A DNA stretch of 64,000 nucleotides from a virus. Position 1 is the first letter of the stretch; every line of letters starts with the position of its first letter. The stretch covers positions 64,001 to 128,000 of IMG/VR virus record IMGVR_UViG_3300005573_000004; one strand, given 5' to 3'. Positions 30,024-39,052 of this stretch are shown piece by piece. The translations under genes and the position numbers were made by a program. Below the pieces are notes generated by a model, which did no database searches, was not told the origin of the DNA, and worked only from the letters and a program-made list of their open reading frames with translations.

Positions 30024-31154
30024 ATGAAAATATCCAAGGCAGCTGAAATTGCCATAGATTTAGATGGAACTTTAATAGAAGATAGATTTCCGTTTCTTGG
30101 CAAACCTATTGAAGCAAATGTAGAATTGGTGCGTAAATTACACGATGCTGGTTATCGTATTGTAATTTTTACTGCAAGGCTTACTACTAGACCAGGTGAT
30201 AAAGCAAAAATTGAAAAATTTCTACGTGATCGTGATATTCCATTTGATAAAATTACAAATGTAAAACCTAGTACAGCTTCAGTTTTTATAGATGATCGTA
30301 GCATTAATGTTAAATATAATGAAAACTGGCCAAGAAATATTATAGATCGTATTAAAAAGATTATAAAAGACCATAAAGATGCAAAAGCTAAATTAAAAAA
30401 AGCGTCTTTAGAACATCCAGATACAATAGTGTTCAAACCAAATGAATATTATACGCAAGGATTGACAGAACAACAAGTTTTTGATTATTATAATAAGTAT
30501 GCAAATCAAATTGTTGAACAGCTAAAAGATAAACCAGTAATGATTGTGATAAGAACACCTGCTGGAGATATAATTAGAAAGAACGACCCAGCTGATGGAA
30601 CTCTTACTATTTCAAATATTGAAGATTTTAATAATAAATTAAATACAGGTAGAACTATTGAAGTTCATAGAATATTAAAAGACGAAGAAAAATTTGGTCT
30701 TGTAGATGTAGATCCAAGACCGGAAGTACCATTTGAAGATACTAAAAAACTAACCCAAGAATTAGTAGATTTTTTAAAGGAAGCTTTTAATGATATTTTA
30801 GATAACATTCAGGTTTATTTTAGTGGGAATAGAGGATTTCATATATATCTAAATTGGAGAAAAGAGATGAATGTCACTGAAATGCGTCAAGAACTTAGAA
30901 AGGCACTTGAAAATTTTTTAATTCAAAAGAAAGATCCTAAAGTAAAATTAGAATTACCCACTAGAAATGATGAGACCAGGTTAGATATTACAATTTATCA
31001 TCCTGGTGGCTCTATTAGAGTTCCTTATTCTTTACATAAGAAAACAGGTTTAGCTGCTATACCAGTTAATAATATTATGGAATTTGATCCAAAATCGGCT
31101 ATTATTGTAAAATCAAAAGGTAGTTATATTAACCTAAAATTTTTTAAAAAATAA
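30024..31154 (+). CDS. HAD-family phosphatase fused to LigD-type primase-polymerase (AEP) domain
   Basis: DLDGT, FTAR, KP..FIDD (HAD); VFDYY, VDVDP, FSGNRGFHIY, RVPYSL (LigD Pol); SD GAGGTG before ATG 30024. Confidence 0.85.
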   Translation: MKISKAAEIAIDLDGTLIEDRFPFLGKPIEANVELVRKLHDAGYRIVIFTARLTTRPGDKAKIEKFLRDRDIPFDKITNVKPSTASVFIDDRSINVKYNENWPRNIIDRIKKIIKDHKDAKAKLKKASLEHPDTIVFKPNEYYTQGLTEQQVFDYYNKYANQIVEQLKDKPVMIVIRTPAGDIIRKNDPADGTLTISNIEDFNNKLNTGRTIEVHRILKDEEKFGLVDVDPRPEVPFEDTKKLTQELVDFLKEAFNDILDNIQVYFSGNRGFHIYLNWRKEMNVTEMRQELRKALENFLIQKKDPKVKLELPTRNDETRLDITIYHPGGSIRVPYSLHKKTGLAAIPVNNIMEFDPKSAIIVKSKGSYINLKFFKK

Positions 31155-31167
31155 GGAGGAAAGAGAA

Positions 31168-31635
31168 ATGGCAATTGTTAATCACAAGTATCATGTAACG
31201 TTTACGGAAGATACTGATACGTATCCATCAGTAGACAGAGAGATTAATTTTACAGATAGTTCAACTCCGATAGATGATAAGGATAGGATTTTTATTGCTC
31301 CTAGTTCTGCTGCTACATGGACTTTAGACACACCAGTTAAAATTTTTGATGTCAGTGCCCCTATTTCTGGAGTTGCCCCAAATGGACGTAAAGCTCGTTA
31401 TATGCTTATTGAAGTTACTTCTCCGGTATATTTATGGTTTGAAAATGACCCTACTCCGACAAATCCAGTAGATCCAATTACTGCTGTTCCTATACGTATA
31501 GAACGTATGATGATGGTTGAGGGTCCAACAAGTGGAAGTATTCAAAAGATTTGGGCTGTTAATCCAAGTAGAACAACTGATCCGACCCCAGTGACTGTAG
31601 AAATTAAATTATACTATACATTAATTAATTTATAA
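31168..31635 (+). CDS. Beta-rich hypothetical protein, likely structural
   Basis: SD AAGGAGG; T/P/V-rich. Confidence 0.55.
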   Translation: MAIVNHKYHVTFTEDTDTYPSVDREINFTDSSTPIDDKDRIFIAPSSAATWTLDTPVKIFDVSAPISGVAPNGRKARYMLIEVTSPVYLWFENDPTPTNPVDPITAVPIRIERMMMVEGPTSGSIQKIWAVNPSRTTDPTPVTVEIKLYYTLINL

Positions 31636-31649
31636 AATAGGAGGATACC

Positions 31650-31892
31650 ATGCAAAATATTAAAAAGACACTTGAATCATTAAAAAAATCTGGTGATAGT
31701 AAAACAGTTAAAACAGGTAAAGTAGGTCCTATGCTTGATCCTATAGACTATCTTTTAGGATTAGGACTTCAGTTTTATAGAGATCCTCTTTTTAGAAAAT
31801 TTGTTTATAAAAAAACTCATAAGGTTCCGGCTGATTTACCGGAAGAACAACAATTAGAATTATTAGCAGAATTCTATAAAGGTTTATCTTAA
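31650..31892 (+). CDS. Small hypothetical protein
   Basis: SD AGGAGG; ORF track. Confidence 0.6.
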   Translation: MQNIKKTLESLKKSGDSKTVKTGKVGPMLDPIDYLLGLGLQFYRDPLFRKFVYKKTHKVPADLPEEQQLELLAEFYKGLS

Positions 31893-31919
31893 TTTTTTCT
31901 AACCTGAAAGGAGGAGATT

Positions 31920-32705
31920 ATGGCATTTTATGGACCTGTTATTGGGAGTTCACGATTAAACAAAGCTTTGTATTTATTAGCCCAAGGAAAGTCAAAACGA
32001 GCAGCCTGTTCAATCGCAAAAATAGATAGACAGCGATTGAGTTTTCTGTTAGGAGGAAGTAAATTAGTTCCATATAAGTTTGCTACAAAAGTAGCTAAAG
32101 ATGTATTACAAAATCATCTTACTTTTGATCAAATTAAGAAAAAATATGGAATTCGTGGCTTACGTGCTCTTAATAATTATCAGATAATTGTGAAACTGTA
32201 TAGAGATAAGATTGAAGAACAAATGATTTTAAGAGCTCGGATTAAGGCGGATTCAGTAGAAAATATACCAAGTGTTAAAACTTTAAGTAAAACTCTAAAT
32301 GTCTCTAAAGATAAAGTTTATGCTAAACTCCGAAAAATACTAAATTCAGTACGAATAGGAAACGTAGCATTAATGAGAGGTTCTAAGGTTAGAACTACAG
32401 TATTTGCACTTTGGAAACAAGGGGTTCGTGATCCATATGTTATTAGTTCTATAGTAAAAAGAACACCACAATATGTTGTTTATATTTTAAATAGATATGG
32501 AATTCGTGTTAGAGAAAATAAAACTCCATTTTTTACAGATAGGGACTATGAGTTGATTGACCGTTTACGTAAGACCATGACATGGCGTGAAATCGCCACA
32601 GTTTTCGGTTGTTCTATTGGGTCAGTTTACAACTTCTACGTCCAGTATAGAATAAAACCAAGGAGGAACGAAAATGAAAAAATCTACTCAGCTGTCCGCA
32701 GTTGA
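31920..32705 (+). CDS. Basic multi-HTH DNA-binding protein
   Basis: Several HTH-like units, e.g. GKSKRAACSIAKID, SVKTLSKTLNVSKDKVY, MTWREIATVFGCSIGSVY. Confidence 0.72.
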   Translation: MAFYGPVIGSSRLNKALYLLAQGKSKRAACSIAKIDRQRLSFLLGGSKLVPYKFATKVAKDVLQNHLTFDQIKKKYGIRGLRALNNYQIIVKLYRDKIEEQMILRARIKADSVENIPSVKTLSKTLNVSKDKVYAKLRKILNSVRIGNVALMRGSKVRTTVFALWKQGVRDPYVISSIVKRTPQYVVYILNRYGIRVRENKTPFFTDRDYELIDRLRKTMTWREIATVFGCSIGSVYNFYVQYRIKPRRNENEKIYSAVRS

Positions 32706-33765
32706 AGTCCGAGCAATTCAGGCTCTTATCAACAAAGGAAATTCCCCAGAAGTTATTTCTGAAGTCTTAAAAATTCCAAAGAAGCACGTCGTTTATGTAC
32801 TTCGTAATTTGAAAAAATTTGATCCAGTTTTAGAACCTAAATCTATTGAGCAGAGAGAGACTGAAGAACAAATTGAAGATTTTACCAGGATACTTATAGA
32901 TAAAAAAAGTTCAGCCGAAATAGGTGCTAAACTGTTTGAACATATTTCAGAATTATCTGAAGATTATATGCATAATTTTAAAGCCGATTCTATTTGTAAA
33001 TTCAAATGGAAACCTCGTTATGTCGGGATAACAGCATTATCTGATTTTCATATAGGGCATGAAGGAGTAGACTATAAACGACTTCAGCATGATATGAACG
33101 TGATAGCAAAAACACCAAATATGTTTATAGCTTTCTTAGGCGATGCTATTGATAATTTTATTAACGAAAAGCATCTAGGTGCCATTATTAATGCAGTTAG
33201 TAGCCCAAAACAGCAATTGTATATGTTACAGCATCTTTTGAGTATGCTAAAAGATCCTAAAGCCAAGATTTTGTTTGTTACAAAAGATAATCACGTTTCT
33301 AACAGACTTAAAAAAGCTACTGGAATTGATTGGTCCAATAAAATGTGGGACGATTACGGAGTATTTTATGGTGGTGAAGAAGTTCGTTGTGAATTATATC
33401 TGGGAAAACAACAGTATAATATTTTAGCTAGACATAGTTTTCGTGGTCAATCATCTGTACATCTAACGGCTGGAGCTAAAAAACTACTCCGAGAAGGTAT
33501 GTATGAAGATATAGATGTCGTTATGTTAGCCCATAAACACGAAGGAGCGGCTGAACTCTTTTCATATAGAGGTCGTCCTCGTTTGGCTATTCAAACCTCT
33601 ACTTATAAACTTTTGGATCCATATGCTGCTCATTTAGGGTTCCATCCTCCGACGGTATTTATGCCTTGTATTATTTTATCTCCAGAAAAAAAGGATTTTA
33701 TATTTTGTCCTAATGTGGACGTTGCTGCGGAAATGCTGGAAGTTTTAAATAAAAAATATAAATAA
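32674..33765 (+). CDS. HTH plus calcineurin-like metallophosphoesterase
   Basis: SDFHIG, GDAID, DNH, RH and AHKH motifs; N-terminal HTH-like segment. Confidence 0.82.
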   Translation: MKKSTQLSAVEVRAIQALINKGNSPEVISEVLKIPKKHVVYVLRNLKKFDPVLEPKSIEQRETEEQIEDFTRILIDKKSSAEIGAKLFEHISELSEDYMHNFKADSICKFKWKPRYVGITALSDFHIGHEGVDYKRLQHDMNVIAKTPNMFIAFLGDAIDNFINEKHLGAIINAVSSPKQQLYMLQHLLSMLKDPKAKILFVTKDNHVSNRLKKATGIDWSNKMWDDYGVFYGGEEVRCELYLGKQQYNILARHSFRGQSSVHLTAGAKKLLREGMYEDIDVVMLAHKHEGAAELFSYRGRPRLAIQTSTYKLLDPYAAHLGFHPPTVFMPCIILSPEKKDFIFCPNVDVAAEMLEVLNKKYK

Positions 33766-33771
33766 GCATTA

Positions 33772-33808
33772 TAGGCGGCTCAAAAGAGCCGCCTAACTGA
33801 TTTTTTCT
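33772..33808 (+). terminator. Probable intrinsic terminator
   Basis: TAGGCGGCTC-AAAA-GAGCCGCCTA hairpin with a T-run 5 nt downstream. Confidence 0.7.
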
Positions 33809-33817
33809 CATATTTTT

Positions 33818-33845
33818 CCCCATACCCCCACCCACACCCCACCCC
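33818..33845 (-). other. G-quadruplex-forming motif (five G-runs)
   Basis: Minus strand reads GGGG-T-GGGG-TGT-GGG-T-GGGGG-TAT-GGGG. Confidence 0.7.
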
Positions 33846-33885
33846 TAATATATATTAGAGTGTATTTTTGAAAAGGAGTCTTAAA

Positions 33886-34239
33886 TTGATAGGTTATACT
33901 ATAAATTCTATAAAACGTGCAGAAGTAATGGATGAGATGCCTACTAGTCCTAATCAACAGGGATTAGGTTTTGGGCCTTATCTTGATAATGAGCATCCAA
34001 ACGATGGAGAGAGTCTAGTAGCGATAGAACGTAGCTTTCCAAAACCAACTGGCTGGAAAGCGATTAAAATAAGAAAGCCAAGTGATAAATCTACGATAGC
34101 TTTTGAAGATCTTTTGAGAGTTAGCGAAGAGTTTGAAGATTTAATTAGATTTTTAGTAGATGAATCTCAAGGAGAGACTTTAGAAGAGTCTTTAGCGGAA
34201 CAATTTAAACATTTTCCACGAGTAAATTGGAGTTTATAA
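33886..34239 (+). CDS. Hypothetical head-region protein (TTG start)
   Basis: SD AAGGAG before TTG 33886. Confidence 0.55.
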   Translation: MIGYTINSIKRAEVMDEMPTSPNQQGLGFGPYLDNEHPNDGESLVAIERSFPKPTGWKAIKIRKPSDKSTIAFEDLLRVSEEFEDLIRFLVDESQGETLEESLAEQFKHFPRVNWSL

Positions 34240-34419
34240 ATGGCATTTACAAAAGTTGGTGACAGTATTATCACAAAGATAATGGATGTTAAAGATGGTA
34301 AAATTGTAAAGACCAGTGAGGTTAATAGTATTAGTAATGTATGTCCTAAATGCGGTAAAAATCCGTGTGAATGTACTAAAACTCAAAATTTAGAGGAAAA
34401 CAATGGACTTAAAAGATAA
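34240..34419 (+). CDS. 59-aa Cys-motif protein (MAFTKVGDS...CPKCGKNPCEC), below the ORF-track cutoff
   Basis: Manual translation; fills the gap. Confidence 0.6.
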   Translation: MAFTKVGDSIITKIMDVKDGKIVKTSEVNSISNVCPKCGKNPCECTKTQNLEENNGLKR

Positions 34420-36892
34420 GATTACTCAAATTTTTAATTATTTAGAAAACAGATCTATTGCTAATCCAGAAGAAGCGGCTCAGATGCAAAAGCAAGCTGT
34501 TATGAAAGAAAGAGAAATTTTTGAGAGAGCACTTATAGATACAGTTAAAAGTGGTGGAATGTCTTATGATGAAGCCGTGGCTAGAGTAAAGGCTTCAGAT
34601 TTTTCACCATTAGACCAAAATATAATTTTAGCAAATATAGGTCATCTTGAAGCAAATCTACCTATAAAAACAGCTAGTCAAAAATCTATGGAGGTTGACA
34701 CTATGGACCCAGTTTCAAAGGAAATTGAGGAATTAAAAAAACGTCTTCCTCATTACGGGGCATTTGTCGAAAATGTTTTAAAAACTTCTTATTATTTGGG
34801 CACTGGTGATAAAGCAAAACCAGATCCTCAAGGTGAGAAAGTTTTTAAAGAAGACGAAAAATACGTTGAACAATCTAAATCAGAGGAGGCTAAAAGAATG
34901 AGCCAGACAGAAAAGAGAATTAATCCAGAAACAAGACTTTATCCAAAAACCGCAGGAACTGACAAGTATAATACGAAAGCTCCGGAAGATCTTAGAGAAT
35001 CGTATGCTCCAAAACACGATCAATGGGACAATGATGTTTTGGATAAAGAATTAGCTGACAATAAAAAAGGTCAGAGCGAACAGGAACGTCGTACGAAAGA
35101 ATTGCAGAAGAAGAGAGAAGAGTATTTAAGAGCAGCAGACAAAGTAGATGTTAAATTTTCACACGCATCTAATGCATGGGTTATTTCAGAAAAAGCAACT
35201 GGAATTCCAATAGTGATCGCTTCTGTAGAAGATATCACAGGCAATCATCCTATTAGTCCAGAAGCATTAGCAGAATTAAAGAGTGATAAATTTGGTGAAT
35301 TAATTAAGGAAGATATCAAAGAAAGTGGATTAGAAACTACAGCAAGAAATTTACTTGGTGATACTTTTGATAAACTTGCTGCAGAACACGCGTCTTCTAT
35401 AAAAACAGCCGAAGAGAAAGCAGATATGAGAGTGAAACTTGAGACTCTTAAAGATATTTATGCTTCTCTTAAAGAAGGTCTTGGTAAATTAACAAAAGTA
35501 GCTTCAGTTTCTAGATTATTTAAAAGAGCAGTAGAAGCTATTCAAGATGCTGAGGAAGCAGTAGAAACTGATAAAGATAATGCTCCAGAAGCAATTTCTG
35601 ATGCAGCAGAAGCACTTACACCTATAAGTGATATGGGTCTTGCAATGGAAGGCCAGAGTGAACAGCCTGATGCAAATAAACTTGCAGAAGAAATTAAAGC
35701 ATCAATTTCTGACCCAGAAATTCAGGCTAAAGTTGATCAGTTAGTAGATATGGTACTTTCTTCAAATTCAGGTACTACTCCTCTTATTGAAAATGAAATA
35801 GGAGAAGCAGAGGAAGAGATAGGAAAAGCAGAAGAAGAAATAGGAGAAGCAGAAGAAGAAATAGGAGAAGCAGAGGAAGAAATAGGAGAGGCAGAAGAAA
35901 TAGGAGAGGCAGAAGAAAAAGAGGAAAAAGGAAAGAAAGAGAAAAAAGAAGATAAAGAAGAAAAGGAAGATAAAGGCAAAGAAAAGAAAACCTCTGCAGT
36001 TGTTGCAGCACTTAGGAAACTTGGTGCTGATAGAGGCAAAGGCGATTATGATGTAACAAAAGGATTTAGCCTGGATCAGATGGGTGAACATAACAAAGGA
36101 AACATCACTCAAGATGGTAAAAAGTTTATGACATGGGAAACATTAAAGAAGCAATTTGAAGCTTTAGTAAATAAAAAACCTACAGGTAAACTTGTTGCTA
36201 ACTTTGTAAATGAATTAGTAAAAACAGCAGCTGGAACTGGGGTTATGTCAGCAGAAGAAGTTTATAGATTAGCATTTGGTCCTGAATATGCAAAACAATT
36301 AACAAAGGAAATGACACAGAAACAAATTCTTAAAGAACATGATAGATTAACAAAAGACACAGATAATGTATATGCTTCTGCAAGCGAAGCTTATATGAGT
36401 GGTGCAACAAGGATGAAGCTTGCAATTGAAGCTACGCAGAATATGGTTAAAAAAGGTTTGATCAAAGAAGCGGATAGAGAAGCATTTGATCGTCAGGTAG
36501 ATAATTTTATGAAAATGGATGAAGATACATTTAGAGCGTTTATGGATTCAACTGAAAATATAGTAGCAACGTCAGAACTTGAAGATGGTAGATTTAAAGT
36601 TGCAGCTTTAGACAGACCAGACGAATATGGAAACATAGTGACAGGTTGGATTGATGGAAAACACGTTGCATCTATGTCTGGTGAAGATATAAAAGCTCCA
36701 AATGGTAAAGTAACAAAAGCACATTTAGCAAACGCAATGCATTTATTAAAACAGGCATTTAAAGAAGGGCTCTTTGATGAAGAGCTTTCTGATGGTAAAG
36801 TTCCTACTGATGTTCAGGGTGTAGACTTAAAAGGCTTGAACGTTGGACAGGAATCATCTAAACCAGTTTTGAAAGTAGAAGATTTAATATAA
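34403..36892 (+). CDS. Putative prohead scaffold/core protein
   Basis: Large, acidic and helical; directly upstream of decoration and capsid genes; EEEIGEA repeats; dense K-x-A motifs. Confidence 0.65.
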   Translation: MDLKDKITQIFNYLENRSIANPEEAAQMQKQAVMKEREIFERALIDTVKSGGMSYDEAVARVKASDFSPLDQNIILANIGHLEANLPIKTASQKSMEVDTMDPVSKEIEELKKRLPHYGAFVENVLKTSYYLGTGDKAKPDPQGEKVFKEDEKYVEQSKSEEAKRMSQTEKRINPETRLYPKTAGTDKYNTKAPEDLRESYAPKHDQWDNDVLDKELADNKKGQSEQERRTKELQKKREEYLRAADKVDVKFSHASNAWVISEKATGIPIVIASVEDITGNHPISPEALAELKSDKFGELIKEDIKESGLETTARNLLGDTFDKLAAEHASSIKTAEEKADMRVKLETLKDIYASLKEGLGKLTKVASVSRLFKRAVEAIQDAEEAVETDKDNAPEAISDAAEALTPISDMGLAMEGQSEQPDANKLAEEIKASISDPEIQAKVDQLVDMVLSSNSGTTPLIENEIGEAEEEIGKAEEEIGEAEEEIGEAEEEIGEAEEIGEAEEKEEKGKKEKKEDKEEKEDKGKEKKTSAVVAALRKLGADRGKGDYDVTKGFSLDQMGEHNKGNITQDGKKFMTWETLKKQFEALVNKKPTGKLVANFVNELVKTAAGTGVMSAEEVYRLAFGPEYAKQLTKEMTQKQILKEHDRLTKDTDNVYASASEAYMSGATRMKLAIEATQNMVKKGLIKEADREAFDRQVDNFMKMDEDTFRAFMDSTENIVATSELEDGRFKVAALDRPDEYGNIVTGWIDGKHVASMSGEDIKAPNGKVTKAHLANAMHLLKQAFKEGLFDEELSDGKVPTDVQGVDLKGLNVGQESSKPVLKVEDLI
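35792..35918 (+). repeat. 21-bp in-frame tandem repeat (EIGEAEE)
   Basis: GAAATAGGAGAAGCAGARGAA units, about 6 copies. Confidence 0.9.
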
Positions 36893-37044
36893 TTTTTTTG
36901 TCCTTATTTCTGAGGCCTTTATGAATTGAAAAAGCCTGACTTTGACTGGGTCAAGGCTTTGTAAATGAGTAAAGAGCGTGTAAGAAAAGAGGAAAGCCGC
37001 TTAATAAAAGGCTTTATACTTAAATTAATAGGAGGTATGAACGA

Positions 37045-37833
37045 ATGGGTTTTTTCAGACCAGTAATGGCTGTTAACAAACCGGCTAGCTTTCCAATTGA
37101 AAGTGGCATAGCATTTGAACGCGGCACGTTTTTATGGTTCAAAAAAGGTAGTGGTGTCGCAACAACTGATCGTGACGCTACTTATCAGCCACTTGGAATA
37201 GCAGATGATGACAAAACGGATAATGTTACAGCCAAAATTCAGAACCAGGTGATTTCTTATACTTTGGTTGTTAATTCATCAGGTAATGCAACAGCAACAT
37301 ATTCACTTGGTCGTACAATCGCGAAAGATTCTGTAATAGAGACTGCAATTCAAAAACCAGCTTCTTGGACACTTGTTTCAACACCTAATTTAGATGGTAC
37401 ATCAACTTTTACATTGTCAGCAGACGGTATATTGACGCATAATGTTACAGGTGCAACTGCAGGTACATACAATGTAACCTTAACACTTGATTATTCTTAT
37501 GTAAAATCAGCATCACAGAATGGCGGAGCTGCTATAGTAACAGATATGTTTAACAACAATAGCACAGCAGCGTCTCAATTAGTTACAGTTTGGTTCATGG
37601 AAGGAATCTATGAATCAGACCAATATGATCCTTACGTAAGTTATTCAGTTGGTGATCCAATTTATGCAAAAAATGGTGGTATTTTAACTTCTGACAGTAC
37701 AAATGCAACAAAAATTGGGTTTATTACAAAAGTTCCGTCAACAAACTGGAACGCAGAAACGAAGACAACTCTTGGGCATTCACAGCCGAAACCAGAAGCT
37801 GTGCAATTCCTTATGAGATTGTCTCTTGTATAA
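37045..37833 (+). CDS. Head decoration/cement protein
   Basis: Directly upstream of MCP; PLGIADD and VTVW..G.YESDQYD...G..LT motifs; beta-rich insert. Confidence 0.65.
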   Translation: MGFFRPVMAVNKPASFPIESGIAFERGTFLWFKKGSGVATTDRDATYQPLGIADDDKTDNVTAKIQNQVISYTLVVNSSGNATATYSLGRTIAKDSVIETAIQKPASWTLVSTPNLDGTSTFTLSADGILTHNVTGATAGTYNVTLTLDYSYVKSASQNGGAAIVTDMFNNNSTAASQLVTVWFMEGIYESDQYDPYVSYSVGDPIYAKNGGILTSDSTNATKIGFITKVPSTNWNAETKTTLGHSQPKPEAVQFLMRLSLV

Positions 37834-37849
37834 GTGGAGGTAATTAACT

Positions 37850-38881
37850 ATGCAGATAATTAAAACAGGTACAGGATTTGACAGAAGGGCAGATGTATCC
37901 TTCGGCAGAGATGGCAACATCAATGCTTTTGATAGACAGGATGCAATCAATCGTATTGCAAAATATTTAACTGCAAGCGAACAGCCCACTTATGATGAGA
38001 GAGTGTCTTCGTTATTTTCTGAAGAAGAAAAAAACCACCTAATTAACAAATTTGCATCACCAAACGTAAGGTTAGTAATTGGACAGGCAATGGCCAGTCC
38101 ATTAAAAACGTTCTTAGAATACAAGGGCGTTATGAGACGTGCATTAAAAGTTGATCCGCTTGCTCCAGGTGCTATTCCGATTTACGATCGTGATACAGAA
38201 GAAATTTCAGCTGAGCCGATTGCTTCCCAGTCAGCAATTACTCAGACGAAAATAGTTGGGGAACGTATCATGGTCCCAGTTTTTGAAATCGCAGCGAACC
38301 CAACTATAAAACTGCGTGAGGTTAAAATTCGCAGATTTAACATAATTGACCGTATACAAGTTCGTACACGTCAATTTATGCAGGAAGCTGAAGACGCAAG
38401 TATTATAAACTTGTTAAATGCAGCTTCTACTTTGGTTAACTCTCCAGTTGTAGTTGACACTTCTGCAAGTGGAAACTCACAGGGTTATATCCAGAGAAAA
38501 GACTTGGTCAAGCTTGCTCGAGAAATTGAACAGCATGACTTATTTGCAGTATCTATGTTCTTTTCAATTTACAGATATGCAGATATCAAACAGTGGGGTA
38601 CACAAGAATTGGATCTTGTAACCTTAAAACAGGTTATAGATACAGGTCTTGTAGCTCAGTTACATGGGCAGAATATCTATGTGACAAAGAAATTGCCACA
38701 TGATATAGTACTCTGCACTTCAGATCCTGACTATGTTGGCGTGATGCCAGTATATCAGGATATTGAAGTAATCCCTGCTGATATTCCTTGGGAAACCTCA
38801 TTCGGATGGGCGTTCACAGAGCTCATTGGAATGTCGGTATTTAACCCGAAGGGCGTCAGTAAGTTAGTTATTTCAAAATAA
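37850..38881 (+). CDS. Major capsid protein, HK97 fold, encapsulin (Linocin_M18)-like
   Basis: PLKTFLEYKGVMRRAL, VPVFEIAANPTI, RFNIIDR..QEAED, E..G..V.NP.GV; position after scaffold and decoration genes. Confidence 0.88.
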   Translation: MQIIKTGTGFDRRADVSFGRDGNINAFDRQDAINRIAKYLTASEQPTYDERVSSLFSEEEKNHLINKFASPNVRLVIGQAMASPLKTFLEYKGVMRRALKVDPLAPGAIPIYDRDTEEISAEPIASQSAITQTKIVGERIMVPVFEIAANPTIKLREVKIRRFNIIDRIQVRTRQFMQEAEDASIINLLNAASTLVNSPVVVDTSASGNSQGYIQRKDLVKLAREIEQHDLFAVSMFFSIYRYADIKQWGTQELDLVTLKQVIDTGLVAQLHGQNIYVTKKLPHDIVLCTSDPDYVGVMPVYQDIEVIPADIPWETSFGWAFTELIGMSVFNPKGVSKLVISK

Positions 38882-38895
38882 CTAGCTGTAATATT

Positions 38896-39026
38896 TTAGC
38901 TATGGAGGTCGATTAAACCTCCATAGCTAATTGGACTTATACCTATCGGGTCGTGATGACCCGATTCGCTTCTCATTATATAGAAGCACCTCCTTTCAGG
39001 TGGAGGCCAGGGTTTCCTTGGCCTCC
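38896..39026. other. Five tandem hairpins downstream of the MCP gene (structured RNA/terminator region)
   Basis: Stems of 14, 8, 6, 5 and 11 bp read directly. Confidence 0.75.
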
Positions 39027-39052
39027 TAAAAAAATCAAAAATGGAGTAAAAA

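Noticed and set aside
37850-38881. Cellular encapsulin operon rather than a phage capsid
   Set aside because: Terminase, portal, protease and a full contractile tail accompany it.
38896-39026. tRNA gene in the hairpin cluster
   Set aside because: The hairpins are serial rather than a cloverleaf, with no GTTCRA T-loop or acceptor stem.
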